Shown here piece by piece: positions 31,331-41,612 of a DNA stretch of 64,000 nucleotides. This DNA comes from an uncultured delta proteobacterium. GTDB taxonomy: Bacteria; Myxococcota; Myxococcia; Myxococcales; Myxococcaceae. The position numbers and the translations under genes were made by a program. The DNA is taken from positions 352,001-416,000 of the forward strand of contig CAVQKE010000004.1 of assembly GCA_963713045.1 (NCBI GenBank), given 5' to 3'. The notes beneath the pieces were generated by a model. It saw only the letters and a list, made by a program, of their open reading frames with translations. It searched no databases and was not told the origin of the DNA. Every line of letters starts with the position of its first letter. The first letter of the stretch is position 1.

Positions 31331-32683
31331 GTGAACGCCTTCATCAACGTCTTCCGCGTCGCCGAGCTTCGCGCTCGGCTGGCCTACACGCTGGTCCTGT
31401 TGGCGGTGTACCGCCTGGGCGTCTTCATCAACACCCCGGGTGTGGACCGGGCGGCGATGAACGCCTACATGGAGCAGCAGCGGCAGCGCGGCGGGTTGGT
31501 CAGCCTCTTCAATCTCTTTTCGGGCGGCGCGCTCGACCAGATGTCCATCTTCGGCTTGGGCATCATGCCGTACGTCTCGGCGTCCATCATCATGCAGCTT
31601 TTGGCGGTGGTGGTCCCGTCGCTGGAGCGGCTGCAGAAAGAGGGAGCTGCCGGACGGCAGAAGCTGAACCAGTACACCCGCTACGGAAGCATCGCCCTCT
31701 CCATCATCCAGGGCATCGGCATCGCGCGTTGGCTGGCCAGCCTCGGCCGGACGCCGACCACCATTCGCGGGGTGCACGTCGAGATTGACCAGATTGTGGT
31801 CCCCAACGACAGCATTTGGTTCACGCTGATGACGGTCATCACCCTGACCGCCGGTACCGCCTTCATCATGTGGCTCGGCGAACGCATCACCGACCGGGGC
31901 ATTGGCAACGGCATCAGCCTCATCATCTTCGCCGGCATCGTGGCTCGGATGCCGTCGGCCGCCTCACGCCTGGTGGAGGTGGTGCGCGGGGACCGGGCGT
32001 GGCTGGTCCCGGTGGTGGCGGCGGTGATGCTGGTGGTGGTGGGGATTGTGGTCTACATCGAGCGAGGCATGCGCCGCATTCCGGTGCAGTACGCCAAGCG
32101 CATGGCCGGGCGGAAGATGTTCGCCGGGCAAGCCACCTACTTTCCGATGAAGGTGAATACCGCCGGCGTCATTCCCCCCATTTTCGCCGGGGCGCTGCTG
32201 TCCTTCCCGGCGACGCTGGGGAACTGGATTCCTTTCCTGGCCGGCGTGCAACGGGCCATCGAATCCAACGTCTGGCTCTATGACGGGCTCTTCGTCCTGC
32301 TCATCATCTTCTTCTCCTACTTCTACACGACGCTCACCTTCCGGTCGGACGACGTGGCGGACAACATCAAAAAGCAGGGTGGGTACATTCCTGGCATTCG
32401 GCCGGGGCGGCAGACGGCGGACTACATTCGGGGCGTTCTGGACCGCATCACTTTTGGCGGGGCCATTTACCTGGCCGTCATCTGCGTCATCCCCTCCATC
32501 CTCTCCAACCAGGAGGCCTTCGGGGTGCCGTTCCAATTCGGAGGCACGGCGCTGTTGATTGTGGTTGGCGTGGCTTTGGACACCGTCCAGCAGATTGAAG
32601 GTCATCTCATCAGCCGCAACTATGAAGGGTTTTCTGGACCTCGCGGCCCGCGCATCCGGGGCCGGCTGCCCCGGGCGGCCTAA
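31331..32683 (+). CDS. secY: preprotein translocase subunit SecY
   Basis: LGIMPYVSASII, GIGNGISL, IPGIRPG, GGTALLIVV. Confidence 0.99.
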   Translation: MNAFINVFRVAELRARLAYTLVLLAVYRLGVFINTPGVDRAAMNAYMEQQRQRGGLVSLFNLFSGGALDQMSIFGLGIMPYVSASIIMQLLAVVVPSLERLQKEGAAGRQKLNQYTRYGSIALSIIQGIGIARWLASLGRTPTTIRGVHVEIDQIVVPNDSIWFTLMTVITLTAGTAFIMWLGERITDRGIGNGISLIIFAGIVARMPSAASRLVEVVRGDRAWLVPVVAAVMLVVVGIVVYIERGMRRIPVQYAKRMAGRKMFAGQATYFPMKVNTAGVIPPIFAGALLSFPATLGNWIPFLAGVQRAIESNVWLYDGLFVLLIIFFSYFYTTLTFRSDDVADNIKKQGGYIPGIRPGRQTADYIRGVLDRITFGGAIYLAVICVIPSILSNQEAFGVPFQFGGTALLIVVGVALDTVQQIEGHLISRNYEGFSGPRGPRIRGRLPRAA

Positions 32684-32686
32684 GCG

Positions 32687-33334
32687 ATGGACCTCATCCT
32701 CTTCGGACCTCCGGGGGCAGGGAAGGGGACGCAGGCCCAACGCCTGCTGGCCGCCTACGGCATACCGCAGATTTCCACCGGCGACATTCTTCGCCAGGCG
32801 GTGAAGGAGGGGACTCCGGCCGGGCTGCAGGCCAAGCCGCTGATGGAGACCGGAAAGCTGGTCCCCGATGCGCTGGTCATCAGCATCGTCGAGGAGCGGC
32901 TCAAGCGGGCAGACTGCCAAGCTGGTTTCGTCTTGGACGGCTTCCCGCGGACGGTAGCCCAGGCTGTGGCGCTGGACGCGATGCTGACCTCGCTTGGTCG
33001 GCGCATCGACCATGTGCTGTCGCTCGAAGTGCCATTGGAGAGGGTGGTGGAGCGCCTCACTGGGCGGCGCTGCTGCCCGGCCGACGGGCGCGTCTACCAC
33101 GTCACCCAGGCCCCGCCGAAGGTGCCGGGCGTGTGCGACGCCTGCGGCACCGCCTTGGTTCAGCGCCCGGACGACCGGGAAGAGGTGGTGCGGGCCCGGC
33201 AACTGACCTACCGTCGGGACACCGAGCCTCTCAAGGCTTTTTACGCCAAGCGCGGACTGCTCCGTTCGGTGGATGGAACCGGAACGCCGGACGAAGTCTT
33301 TGCGCGGGTTCAGGCCGCCCTCGGGAAGGGGTAA
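32687..33334 (+). CDS. adk: adenylate kinase
   Basis: GPPGAGKGTQ, STGDILR, LDGFPRT, lid with Cys ligands. Confidence 0.98.
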   Translation: MDLILFGPPGAGKGTQAQRLLAAYGIPQISTGDILRQAVKEGTPAGLQAKPLMETGKLVPDALVISIVEERLKRADCQAGFVLDGFPRTVAQAVALDAMLTSLGRRIDHVLSLEVPLERVVERLTGRRCCPADGRVYHVTQAPPKVPGVCDACGTALVQRPDDREEVVRARQLTYRRDTEPLKAFYAKRGLLRSVDGTGTPDEVFARVQAALGKG

Positions 33335-33339
33335 GGGCC

Positions 33340-34128
33340 ATGCCGGGCGGCGTCGAACTGAAGAGTCGAGAAGAAATCGCACTGATGCGGGATGCGGGCC
33401 GCATCGTCGCGCAAATCCTGGATGCGCTCGAGAAGGCGGTCGCTCCGGGCGTCAGCACCTGGGACCTCGACCAGCTGTCGGAGCGGCTCATCTACGAAAA
33501 GGGGGCTCGCCCGGCCTTCAAAGGCTACCGCGGCTTCCCCGCCTGCCTGTGCACCTCCATCAACCAGGAAGTGGTGCACGGCATCCCGTCGCGGAAGCGG
33601 CGGCTGCAGGCGGGGGACTTGGCGAAGTTGGACTTTGGCGTCGTCTACCAGGGCTTTTACGGCGATGCGGCGCGCACCATCCCGGTGGGGGACGTCAGCC
33701 CGGCGGCCAGAGAGCTTTCGGAAGCCACCCGGGCCTCACTGGAGGCCGGCATCCAGGCGGCGGTCGCCGGCAACCACATTGGCGACATCGGGCATGCGGT
33801 CCAGGCCTACGTCGAGGCCCGGGGGTATGCGGTGGTGCGGGACTTCGTCGGCCATGGCATTGGGCGTCGACTGCATGAGGAGCCCCAAATCCCCAATTTC
33901 GGGACCCCTGGAAGTGGGATGAAACTGCGTCCGGGGATGGTGCTGGCCATCGAGCCGATGGTGAATGCCGGTGGCTGGGAAGTGGAGACGCTGGACGATG
34001 ACTGGACAGCGGTTACCTTGGACGGAAAGTGGTCCAGCCACTGGGAGCACACCGTCCTGGTGACGGAGGGAGCGCCCGAGGTGCTCACCCGGGGCCAGGG
34101 CGTTGCGCGCGGAGACGTTCAACGCTAG
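33340..34128 (+). CDS. map: type I methionine aminopeptidase
   Basis: SINQEVVHGIP, GD..RT, GHGIG..LHEEP, IEPM, EHT. Confidence 0.97.
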   Translation: MPGGVELKSREEIALMRDAGRIVAQILDALEKAVAPGVSTWDLDQLSERLIYEKGARPAFKGYRGFPACLCTSINQEVVHGIPSRKRRLQAGDLAKLDFGVVYQGFYGDAARTIPVGDVSPAARELSEATRASLEAGIQAAVAGNHIGDIGHAVQAYVEARGYAVVRDFVGHGIGRRLHEEPQIPNFGTPGSGMKLRPGMVLAIEPMVNAGGWEVETLDDDWTAVTLDGKWSSHWEHTVLVTEGAPEVLTRGQGVARGDVQR

Positions 34129-34134
34129 AAGAAC

Positions 34135-34164
34135 TTGCTCGGCGGCCGCCCAAGGTGGTATGCC
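34135..34164 (+). promoter_or_regulatory. possible promoter for infA-rpmJ-alpha operon
   Basis: TTGCTC-18 nt-TATGCC with TG extension in the map-infA gap. Confidence 0.35.
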
Positions 34165-34233
34165 GCCGCGCTTTCTAGGGTTTTCGGGGTCCTTCCTGCG
34201 GAAGGGAGGGGCCCCTTTTTTGAAGGAGTGTGT

Positions 34234-34455
34234 TTGCCGAAGGACGATGCCATCGAGGTCGAAGGGACGGTGATTGAGCCGCTTCCCAACGCCATGTTCC
34301 GGGTGGCCCTGGACAACGGGGGCCACAAAGTGCTCGCGCACATTTCCGGGAAGATGCGCATGCACTTCATCCGGATTCTGCCGGGGGACAAAGTCAAGGT
34401 GGAGCTGTCGCCCTACGACTTGACCCGCGGTCGCATCACCTACCGGGCGAAGTAA
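34234..34455 (+). CDS. infA: translation initiation factor IF-1
   Basis: [31 protein letters not shown] start after AAGGAG. Confidence 0.97.
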   Translation: MPKDDAIEVEGTVIEPLPNAMFRVALDNGGHKVLAHISGKMRMHFIRILPGDKVKVELSPYDLTRGRITYRAK

Positions 34456-34529
34456 GCCCACGTTTTTCAGGGCGTCTGCCAGGGCGCCCATTCATCCTCC
34501 GTCGTCACAAAGGGGTTGTTGGAGTCGTC

Positions 34530-34646
34530 ATGAAGGTTCGCGCATCGGTCAAGAAGGTCTGCGACAAGTGCAAGGTCATCAACCGCCGCGGCGTGGTGCG
34601 GGTGATTTGCGCCGCCAATCCGCGCCACAAGCAACGGCAGGGCTAG
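34530..34646 (+). CDS. rpmJ: 50S ribosomal protein L36 (not in the ORF track)
   Basis: Translated by hand: [38 protein letters not shown]. Confidence 0.97.
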   Translation: MKVRASVKKVCDKCKVINRRGVVRVICAANPRHKQRQG

Positions 34647-34682
34647 GCCCGGCCTTGGGAAGCCTCAGGAGATAGAAGAGCA

Positions 34683-35073
34683 ATGGCCCGTATCGCCGGC
34701 GTCGACCTTCCCCCGCAGAAGCGGGTGGTCATCTCGTTGCAGTACATCTACGGCATCGGCAACAAGACAGCGCACGACATCTGCGCCCGGGCCCAGGTGG
34801 ATTTGGCCACCCGGACCAAGGACTTGACCGAAGAGCAGACGCGCGGGATCCGAGAAATCATCGAGTCCAGACTACAAGGTGGAGGGCGACCTTCGCCGCG
34901 AAGTGACGATGAACATCAAGCGGCTGATGGACCTCGGCTGCTTCCGCGGGCTCCGCCACCGCAAGGGCCTGCCCGTGCGCGGCCAGCGCACCCACACCAA
35001 CGCCCGGACCCGCAAGGGGCCGAAGCGCGGCATCGTGCGGGCCAAGGCGATTACGCCCGCCCCGCGGTCATGA
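34683..35073 (+). CDS. rpsM: 30S ribosomal protein S13 (one apparent frameshift at ~34869)
   Basis: MARIAGVDL...YIYGIG in one frame; EGDLRREV...[16 protein letters not shown] in another. Confidence 0.93.
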
Positions 35074-35096
35074 CCCCCGAGAGGATTTGAAAGCCC

Positions 35097-35537
35097 ATGG
35101 CTGAAGAAGTCAGGTCCCCGCTGCGGCGGCCCCAGCTGGAACCGAACCCGCCGAGGGTGAGGCCCCGCGCAAGAAGGCAAAAGCAAGAAGAACATCCTCA
35201 ACGGCGTGGTCCACATCCAGTCCACCTTCAACAACACCATCATCACCATCACCGACGTCTCCGGCAACGTCGTTGCTTGGTCCTCGGCCGGGGCGCGAGG
35301 CTTCAAGGGGAGCCGCAAGTCGACCCCCTTCGCGGCGCAGGTCGCCGCTGGCGATGCCGCCGCCAAGGCGATGGAGCACGGCCTGAAGAACGTGACGGTG
35401 ATGGTGAAGGGACCAGGCGCGGGCCGCGAGTCGGCGCTTCGCGCGCTGGCCTCTGCGGGCCTCAAGATCTCTCTCATCCGCGACGTGACGCCCATCCCCA
35501 CAACGGCTGCCGACAGCCGAAACGGCGTCGCGTTTAG
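35097..35537 (+). CDS. rpsK: 30S ribosomal protein S11 (three apparent 1-nt deletions)
   Basis: [35 protein letters not shown], then [12 protein letters not shown] in another frame. Confidence 0.93.
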   Translation: MAEEVRSPLRRPQLEPNPPRVRPRARRQKQEEHPQRRGPHPVHLQQHHHHHHRRLRQRRCLVLGRGARLQGEPQVDPLRGAGRRWRCRRQGDGARPEERDGDGEGTRRGPRVGASRAGLCGPQDLSHPRRDAHPHNGCRQPKRRRV

Positions 35538-35560
35538 ACCACCTTTCAGGAGACACCCTT

Positions 35561-36190
35561 TTGGCCCGCTACACCGCCAGCGTCTGTCGCATCTGTCGCC
35601 GCGAGAACCTCAAGATGTATTTGAAGGGGGACCGCTGCTACACGGACAAGTGCGCCATCGAGCGCCGTCCCTACCCACCCGGTCAGCATGGCCAGGGCCG
35701 AGTCGAAGTTCTCCGAGCTACGGCGTGCAACTGCGCGAGAAGCAGAAGGTGAAGCGGATGTACGGCCTGTTGGAGAGCCAGTTCCGTGGGTACGTTTGCT
35801 CGGGCGGCCCGTGCCAAAGGCAAGACCGGCGAGACGCTGCTGCAGCTGCTCGAGCTGCGGCTGGATAACGTGGTGTTCCGGATGGGCTTCGCCGACACCC
35901 GAGCCGAAGCTCGGCAGCTGGTGCGCCACGGCCACTTCCTGGTGAATGGCCGGCGGGTGAACATCCCCTCCTTTGAGGTGAAGCCCGGCAGCCTGGTGGA
36001 AGTGGCCGAGAAGAGCCGGAAGATGATTCGCATCGCCGAGGCGCTGGAGACGGTGGAGCGGCGCGGAGTTCCGCAGTGGATTGAACTGGACAAGAAGGGG
36101 ATGAAGGGCACGGTGAAGTCGGTGCCCAATCGCGAGGACCTCACGATGCCCATCCAGGAGCAGCTCATCGTCGAGCTCTATTCGAAGTAA
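35561..36190 (+). CDS. rpsD: 30S ribosomal protein S4 (three apparent 1-nt insertions at ~35705-35795)
   Basis: [49 protein letters not shown] distributed across frames. Confidence 0.93.
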
Positions 36191-36343
36191 CGCCTTTTGC
36201 CCGGGAGGCGACGGACCCTCCCGGGATGTCGGTGGCCCCACTTTGGAGCCTCCGGTTGACATGTCCGTCTCACACATCACCCGGGGCTGTCCTCCCGCCA
36301 CTCGGGCGGGGATGTTGGTGGCAGACCCGGGGAGGAGCACATC

Positions 36344-37390
36344 GTGGCCGAAGCATTCACAGCAAAGCATTGGCGGGACCTCATCAAGCCCCGGCGGATG
36401 GAGGTCGACCCGGAAAGTCTGACCGCCACCTACGGTAAGTTCATCGCGGAACCCTTGGAGCGGGGTTTCGGGACCACCCTCGGCAACACGCTTCGTCGCG
36501 TGCTGCTCAGTTCCCTGCAGGGGGCGGCCATCGTCTCGGTGAAGATTGAAGGCGTGGACCACGAGTTCACCACCGTTCCCGAGGTGGCGGAGGATGTCAC
36601 CGACATCGTCCTGAACCTCAAGGAAGTTCTGCTTCGGATGCACACCAACGAGCAGAAGACACTCCGCATCGAGGCCGAAGGTCCGAAGGAAATCAAAGCC
36701 GGCGACATCATCGCCGACGACCAGGTGGAGATTCTCAACCCGGGCCACCACATCTGCACCCTCTCCGAGGGCGGCAAGCTGCGGCTGGAGATGATTGCCC
36801 GACGCGGCCGCGGCTATGTGGCCGCCAACAGCAACAAGAACGCCGGTGACCCCATCGGAACCATCCCGGTGGACTCGCTGTTCTCGCCCATCCGCAAGGT
36901 CAACTACCAGGTCACAAACGCTCGCGTGGGGCAGGTCACCGACTATGACCGGCTCAGCCTCGAGGTGTGGACCGACGGTTCGGTATCCCCTCAGGACGCG
37001 GTGGCCTACGCGGCGAAAATCATCAAGGAGCAGCTGACCGTCTTCATCAGCTTTGATGAGACGGAAGAGCCGGCCCCGTTGGAGACGCCGAAGGAGGAGG
37101 CCAAGCTGAATGAAAACCTTTTCCGCAGCGTGGATGAACTCGAATTGAGCGTCCGTTCCGCCAACTGCCTGCAGCAGGCGAACATCAAAACCATTGGGGA
37201 TTTGGTCCAGCGCAGCGAAGCCGAGATGTTGAAGACCAAGAATTTCGGCCGGAAATCCCTGAAGGAAATCAAGGAAATCCTCGCCGAGATGGGGCTTTCT
37301 TTGGGGATGAAGCTCGACAGCTGGCCGATGAAGCCGGCCGTCACGCCGGTCCCGGCCCCAGCACCTGCGGCGAACGAGCCCCGAATCTAA
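36344..37390 (+). CDS. rpoA: RNA polymerase subunit alpha
   Basis: [37 protein letters not shown]. Confidence 0.99.
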   Translation: MAEAFTAKHWRDLIKPRRMEVDPESLTATYGKFIAEPLERGFGTTLGNTLRRVLLSSLQGAAIVSVKIEGVDHEFTTVPEVAEDVTDIVLNLKEVLLRMHTNEQKTLRIEAEGPKEIKAGDIIADDQVEILNPGHHICTLSEGGKLRLEMIARRGRGYVAANSNKNAGDPIGTIPVDSLFSPIRKVNYQVTNARVGQVTDYDRLSLEVWTDGSVSPQDAVAYAAKIIKEQLTVFISFDETEEPAPLETPKEEAKLNENLFRSVDELELSVRSANCLQQANIKTIGDLVQRSEAEMLKTKNFGRKSLKEIKEILAEMGLSLGMKLDSWPMKPAVTPVPAPAPAANEPRI

Positions 37391-37444
37391 CGCCTCTCTC
37401 CCCTTACAGGGCGGGTACCTGACACGGCCCGCCAGGAGCAAGCG

Positions 37445-37945
37445 ATGCGACACCGCGTCGGACACCGGAAGCTGCAGAAAACCACCAGCCACCGCCTCGC
37501 CATGTTGGACAACATGGTGACGTCGTTGCTTCAGCACGAAGCCATTCAGACCACGCTGCCGCGGGCCAAGGAGGCCCGTCGCCTCGCGGAGCGCGTCATC
37601 ACCCTGGGCAAGCGCGGTGGCTTATCCAACGTCCGTCTCGCGGAACGGCAGATTCGCAGCCGGGAAGTCCTCCAGAAGGTATTCGGCGAGTTGAAGGACC
37701 GCTACGCCGAGCGTCCGGGGGGCTACACGCGCATTGTCCGCCTCGGCTACCGCCTCGGAGATGCCGCACAGATGGCCCTCCTCGAGTTGGTGGACCGGCC
37801 GGCCAGCACCGGCGAGCCCAAGACCGAGGAGAAGGTCGAGGCCAAGCCGAAGGGCAAAGGCAAGGCGGAGCCGGCGAAAGCGGAGGCCCCCCCCACCGAG
37901 GCCACTGCCGAGGCAAAGCCAGCCAAGCGGAAGGCGAAGAAGTAA
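37445..37945 (+). CDS. rplQ: 50S ribosomal protein L17 with K/E/A/P-rich tail
   Basis: MRHR, TTLPRAKE, RPGGYTRI. Confidence 0.97.
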   Translation: MRHRVGHRKLQKTTSHRLAMLDNMVTSLLQHEAIQTTLPRAKEARRLAERVITLGKRGGLSNVRLAERQIRSREVLQKVFGELKDRYAERPGGYTRIVRLGYRLGDAAQMALLELVDRPASTGEPKTEEKVEAKPKGKGKAEPAKAEAPPTEATAEAKPAKRKAKK

Positions 37946-37963
37946 CGCCCGCTGGAACCGGTG

Positions 37964-38551
37964 TCAGTGCAGCTCGCCGTGTTCCAAGAGGTGGGCCGAG
38001 CCTTTGCTTGTCCGAAGCTCGACGTCCGTGGCTTGCAAGTCGCTTGGAGCGAGTTTGCCGTTGTCCCCCATCAACTGCTTGGGGGTGACGGTGACGAAGG
38101 CGTGCGGCTCGACGTGGGAAATGGCCGCGCGGTAGCGGCCGTTGACGATGATGAGGACGTCCTGCCAGGCGGCGTCGCTCTCATTGTGCAGCACCAGCGC
38201 TGGATGCTCGGCCTCGGCCCCGACCACCAGTCTCGCCCCGAGGGTGGTGTCGCGGTGGACGGACGGGGCCGGACAGGCCACGCCAATGCCGCACAGGCTG
38301 AGCACCGCCCAGGCGATGAGGATGAGGGCCTTGTATTTGAAGTACCGGTCCGCGTTGCGGAAGTCTTCCCACGTCTCACGCAGAATGGCGGCCACGTTGA
38401 GAGCGGTGCTCTCCGCACCGGCGCGTAGACGCGACGGCAGCGGCTCACCGTCGGAGTCCAGGCGCACCGTCCCGGAACGTGCAGCGGTGAGCACGCGTCC
38501 GTGGAGATAGGCCTCGCGGCGGGCCTGGTCCGATGGCGAGGAGGTGGGCAT
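37964..38551 (-). CDS. hypothetical single-TM membrane protein
   Basis: One hydrophobic segment (ALILIAWAVLSLCGIGVA) then a beta-rich domain; start uncertain. Confidence 0.6.
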   Translation of the reverse strand: MPTSSPSDQARREAYLHGRVLTAARSGTVRLDSDGEPLPSRLRAGAESTALNVAAILRETWEDFRNADRYFKYKALILIAWAVLSLCGIGVACPAPSVHRDTTLGARLVVGAEAEHPALVLHNESDAAWQDVLIIVNGRYRAAISHVEPHAFVTVTPKQLMGDNGKLAPSDLQATDVELRTSKGSAHLLEHGELH

Positions 38552-38570
38552 CTCAGGCAACAGCTGCAGC

Positions 38571-39368
38571 TTAGAGCATGGTGGCCCCGGGAGATGCTTC
38601 CCGGCGTTCGCTGCGGCCACCGGGTCCGGAAGAGTCCTCCTGGACCCCGCCCAGACCACCCAGGGCGAGGCTGCTCTCGACGACAGCGGCCCGAGTCGCC
38701 CGGGCGAGGCCGGCCCGGTCATTGACGTCGAAGCCGCTCACCTCCAGAGGCGCACCAATGCGCACCCGGACGGTGCCTGGGCGGATGGCCCAGCTGCGCC
38801 GTGGCATCACCTGGGCCGAGCCTTCGATGGTGATGGGGACCACTGGAATCTGCGCCTTGAGTGCCAGGCCGAACGGCCCATGCTTGAACGGCAGGATGCG
38901 CCTGTCCGGAGAACGGGTGCCTTCGGGGAAAACAATCAAACTGATTTGTCGGCGCACAATCCGTTCGGCGGCGCGGTCCAGAGAGGCAATGGCGCGGGTC
39001 CGGTTGCTCCGGTCAACCAGGATGTGACCAGCCATTTGGATGTACCAACCAACCAATGGCACCCAGCGAAGCTGCTCTTTGGCGACGAAGCGCAAGTCCA
39101 CCGGGAGGGCATGAAACAGGACGGGGATGTCGAGGGTGGACTGGTGGTTACTGGCGTAGAGGGTCGCACGCCCAGCAGCCACGTTTTCGGCCCCCTCGAC
39201 TTCCACCCTCGCCCCGGCCAACCAAAGCAGGCTGGGAGCCCACAGGCGCCGGGCGAACCAGCCGGCGGCACTGGTGTTTGCAGTCAGCAATATCGCCAGG
39301 CCAGCGAAGGGCAAAAGGACTGCGGTCACCACCGCGACGGCCAGCATGTAGAGCGCGTTTCGAAGCAT
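38571..39368 (-). CDS. plsC: 1-acyl-sn-glycerol-3-phosphate acyltransferase (PlsC family)
   Basis: NHQSTLD, FVAKEQL, VFPEGTRS, PFKHG. Confidence 0.9.
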   Translation of the reverse strand: MLRNALYMLAVAVVTAVLLPFAGLAILLTANTSAAGWFARRLWAPSLLWLAGARVEVEGAENVAAGRATLYASNHQSTLDIPVLFHALPVDLRFVAKEQLRWVPLVGWYIQMAGHILVDRSNRTRAIASLDRAAERIVRRQISLIVFPEGTRSPDRRILPFKHGPFGLALKAQIPVVPITIEGSAQVMPRRSWAIRPGTVRVRIGAPLEVSGFDVNDRAGLARATRAAVVESSLALGGLGGVQEDSSGPGGRSERREASPGATML

Positions 39369-39497
39369 CGGGTTGGGGACTCCGCACCTCTTGCATGCCG
39401 GCTAGCACCCGGGCAAGTCCTGGTGTAGCTGAAGGAATCCCTGGGGGAGCTGCTTGCCACCCAGGCGCCGAGGAGGCGACGTGCGAGAGGTCGGGCG

Positions 39498-40676
39498 TTG
39501 AGGGAAGTTTACATCGTCGCCACTGAGCAGACGGAGACCCTCGAGCAGGGCGTCCTCGCCGAGGCCTTCTCGGGCGACGACGCCGCCTTCGAGTTGGCGG
39601 AGGACGGAAGCGGTTTCCGCCTGGTCTCTGCCGAGTCGACGGTGACCGTGCGTTTCGAGGCGCTGGAAGCGGCCATTGGCTGGACGCCGGAGCTTCTGAC
39701 CGGCAGTGACGAGGCCCACCACGTCTTCCGCCGCGCGCGGGGCTTTTACCGCATCGCCTTTGAGCCGGGTGTCCCGGGGCCGGCGGCGGCGGTCTTCGAG
39801 GCGCTGTGGTGTGCCCGTGCCCTGTTGGAGCGGCTGCCGGGCGTGCTCCTGGACGTCACGGCCTTCAAGCTGCATGAGTTGGAGGACGTCGCGGAGATTA
39901 CCGAGTTGGATTTTGACATCCGCGACCACGTCAACCTGCACGCGGTGGAGGTTGCGGAGGGAGAGGCGCCCTACTGGGTGCACTCGCACGGTATGGAGAA
40001 GTTTGGCACGCGGGAACTGGAGGTGTTCCGCCTGGCGGAGGACGACCTGCGCGCGGCCGAGTCCTTCGTCCACGAGTTGTGTGCCGAGCTGGCTTGGGGC
40101 GAGGGGCCTGGCATTCGAGAGCGCGTGGAGACCAGCAACGGCGAGGCCTTCATGCTGGCTCCCTCCGAGGAGGCCCGCTTGACGCTGATTGACCTCCCGA
40201 TGGACACCTTTGAAGGCCATGAGGGCGTCTCCTACACGGTGGTCTCCGCCGACGGGCGGCACACCCTGGCCGAGCTGCTGCGCCCGTACCGCGCGCGGTT
40301 TGAGAAGGAGGCCCCAGAACGAAGCGAGGCCCTCCAGCAGCAGGCGCGGACGCTGTTGCCGGCCTTCAAGGCACGCTTCCACCGGCGGGGGTTGATGGAA
40401 CCGACCACCTTCCTGGTTCGCTCTCCCTTCGAGGTGCACCCAGACGGGGAGGGTGAGGCGGTGAAGGAGGACTTGTGGCTGGAGGTGCTCTCCTGGGAGG
40501 ACACCCAGCTGGTGGGGAAGCTGGTCGACGGTGCGGTCCACACCACCGAATGGCGAAAGGGGGCGACGGTGGAAGTCGAGGAGGCCCAGGTGAATGCCGT
40601 TGCTGTGGGCCGAGACGGGCGAGCCCTGGACGACGAGGAGATGCATGGCTTTCTCCTCGCCGAGCGGCCGATGTAG
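39498..40676 (+). CDS. acidic conserved hypothetical protein (DUF2314/DUF4026-like)
   Basis: WVHSHGM.KFG..ELE and C-terminal E.LWLEV..W...GKL pattern; TTG start. Confidence 0.65.
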   Translation: MREVYIVATEQTETLEQGVLAEAFSGDDAAFELAEDGSGFRLVSAESTVTVRFEALEAAIGWTPELLTGSDEAHHVFRRARGFYRIAFEPGVPGPAAAVFEALWCARALLERLPGVLLDVTAFKLHELEDVAEITELDFDIRDHVNLHAVEVAEGEAPYWVHSHGMEKFGTRELEVFRLAEDDLRAAESFVHELCAELAWGEGPGIRERVETSNGEAFMLAPSEEARLTLIDLPMDTFEGHEGVSYTVVSADGRHTLAELLRPYRARFEKEAPERSEALQQQARTLLPAFKARFHRRGLMEPTTFLVRSPFEVHPDGEGEAVKEDLWLEVLSWEDTQLVGKLVDGAVHTTEWRKGATVEVEEAQVNAVAVGRDGRALDDEEMHGFLLAERPM

Positions 40677-40683
40677 GGCGCGG

Positions 40684-41610
<927 letters not shown>

Positions 41611-41612
41611 GC

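Noticed and set aside
34683..36190. rpsM, rpsK and rpsD as true pseudogenes
   Set aside because: Essential genes with conserved motifs and clustered 1-nt indels point to consensus errors
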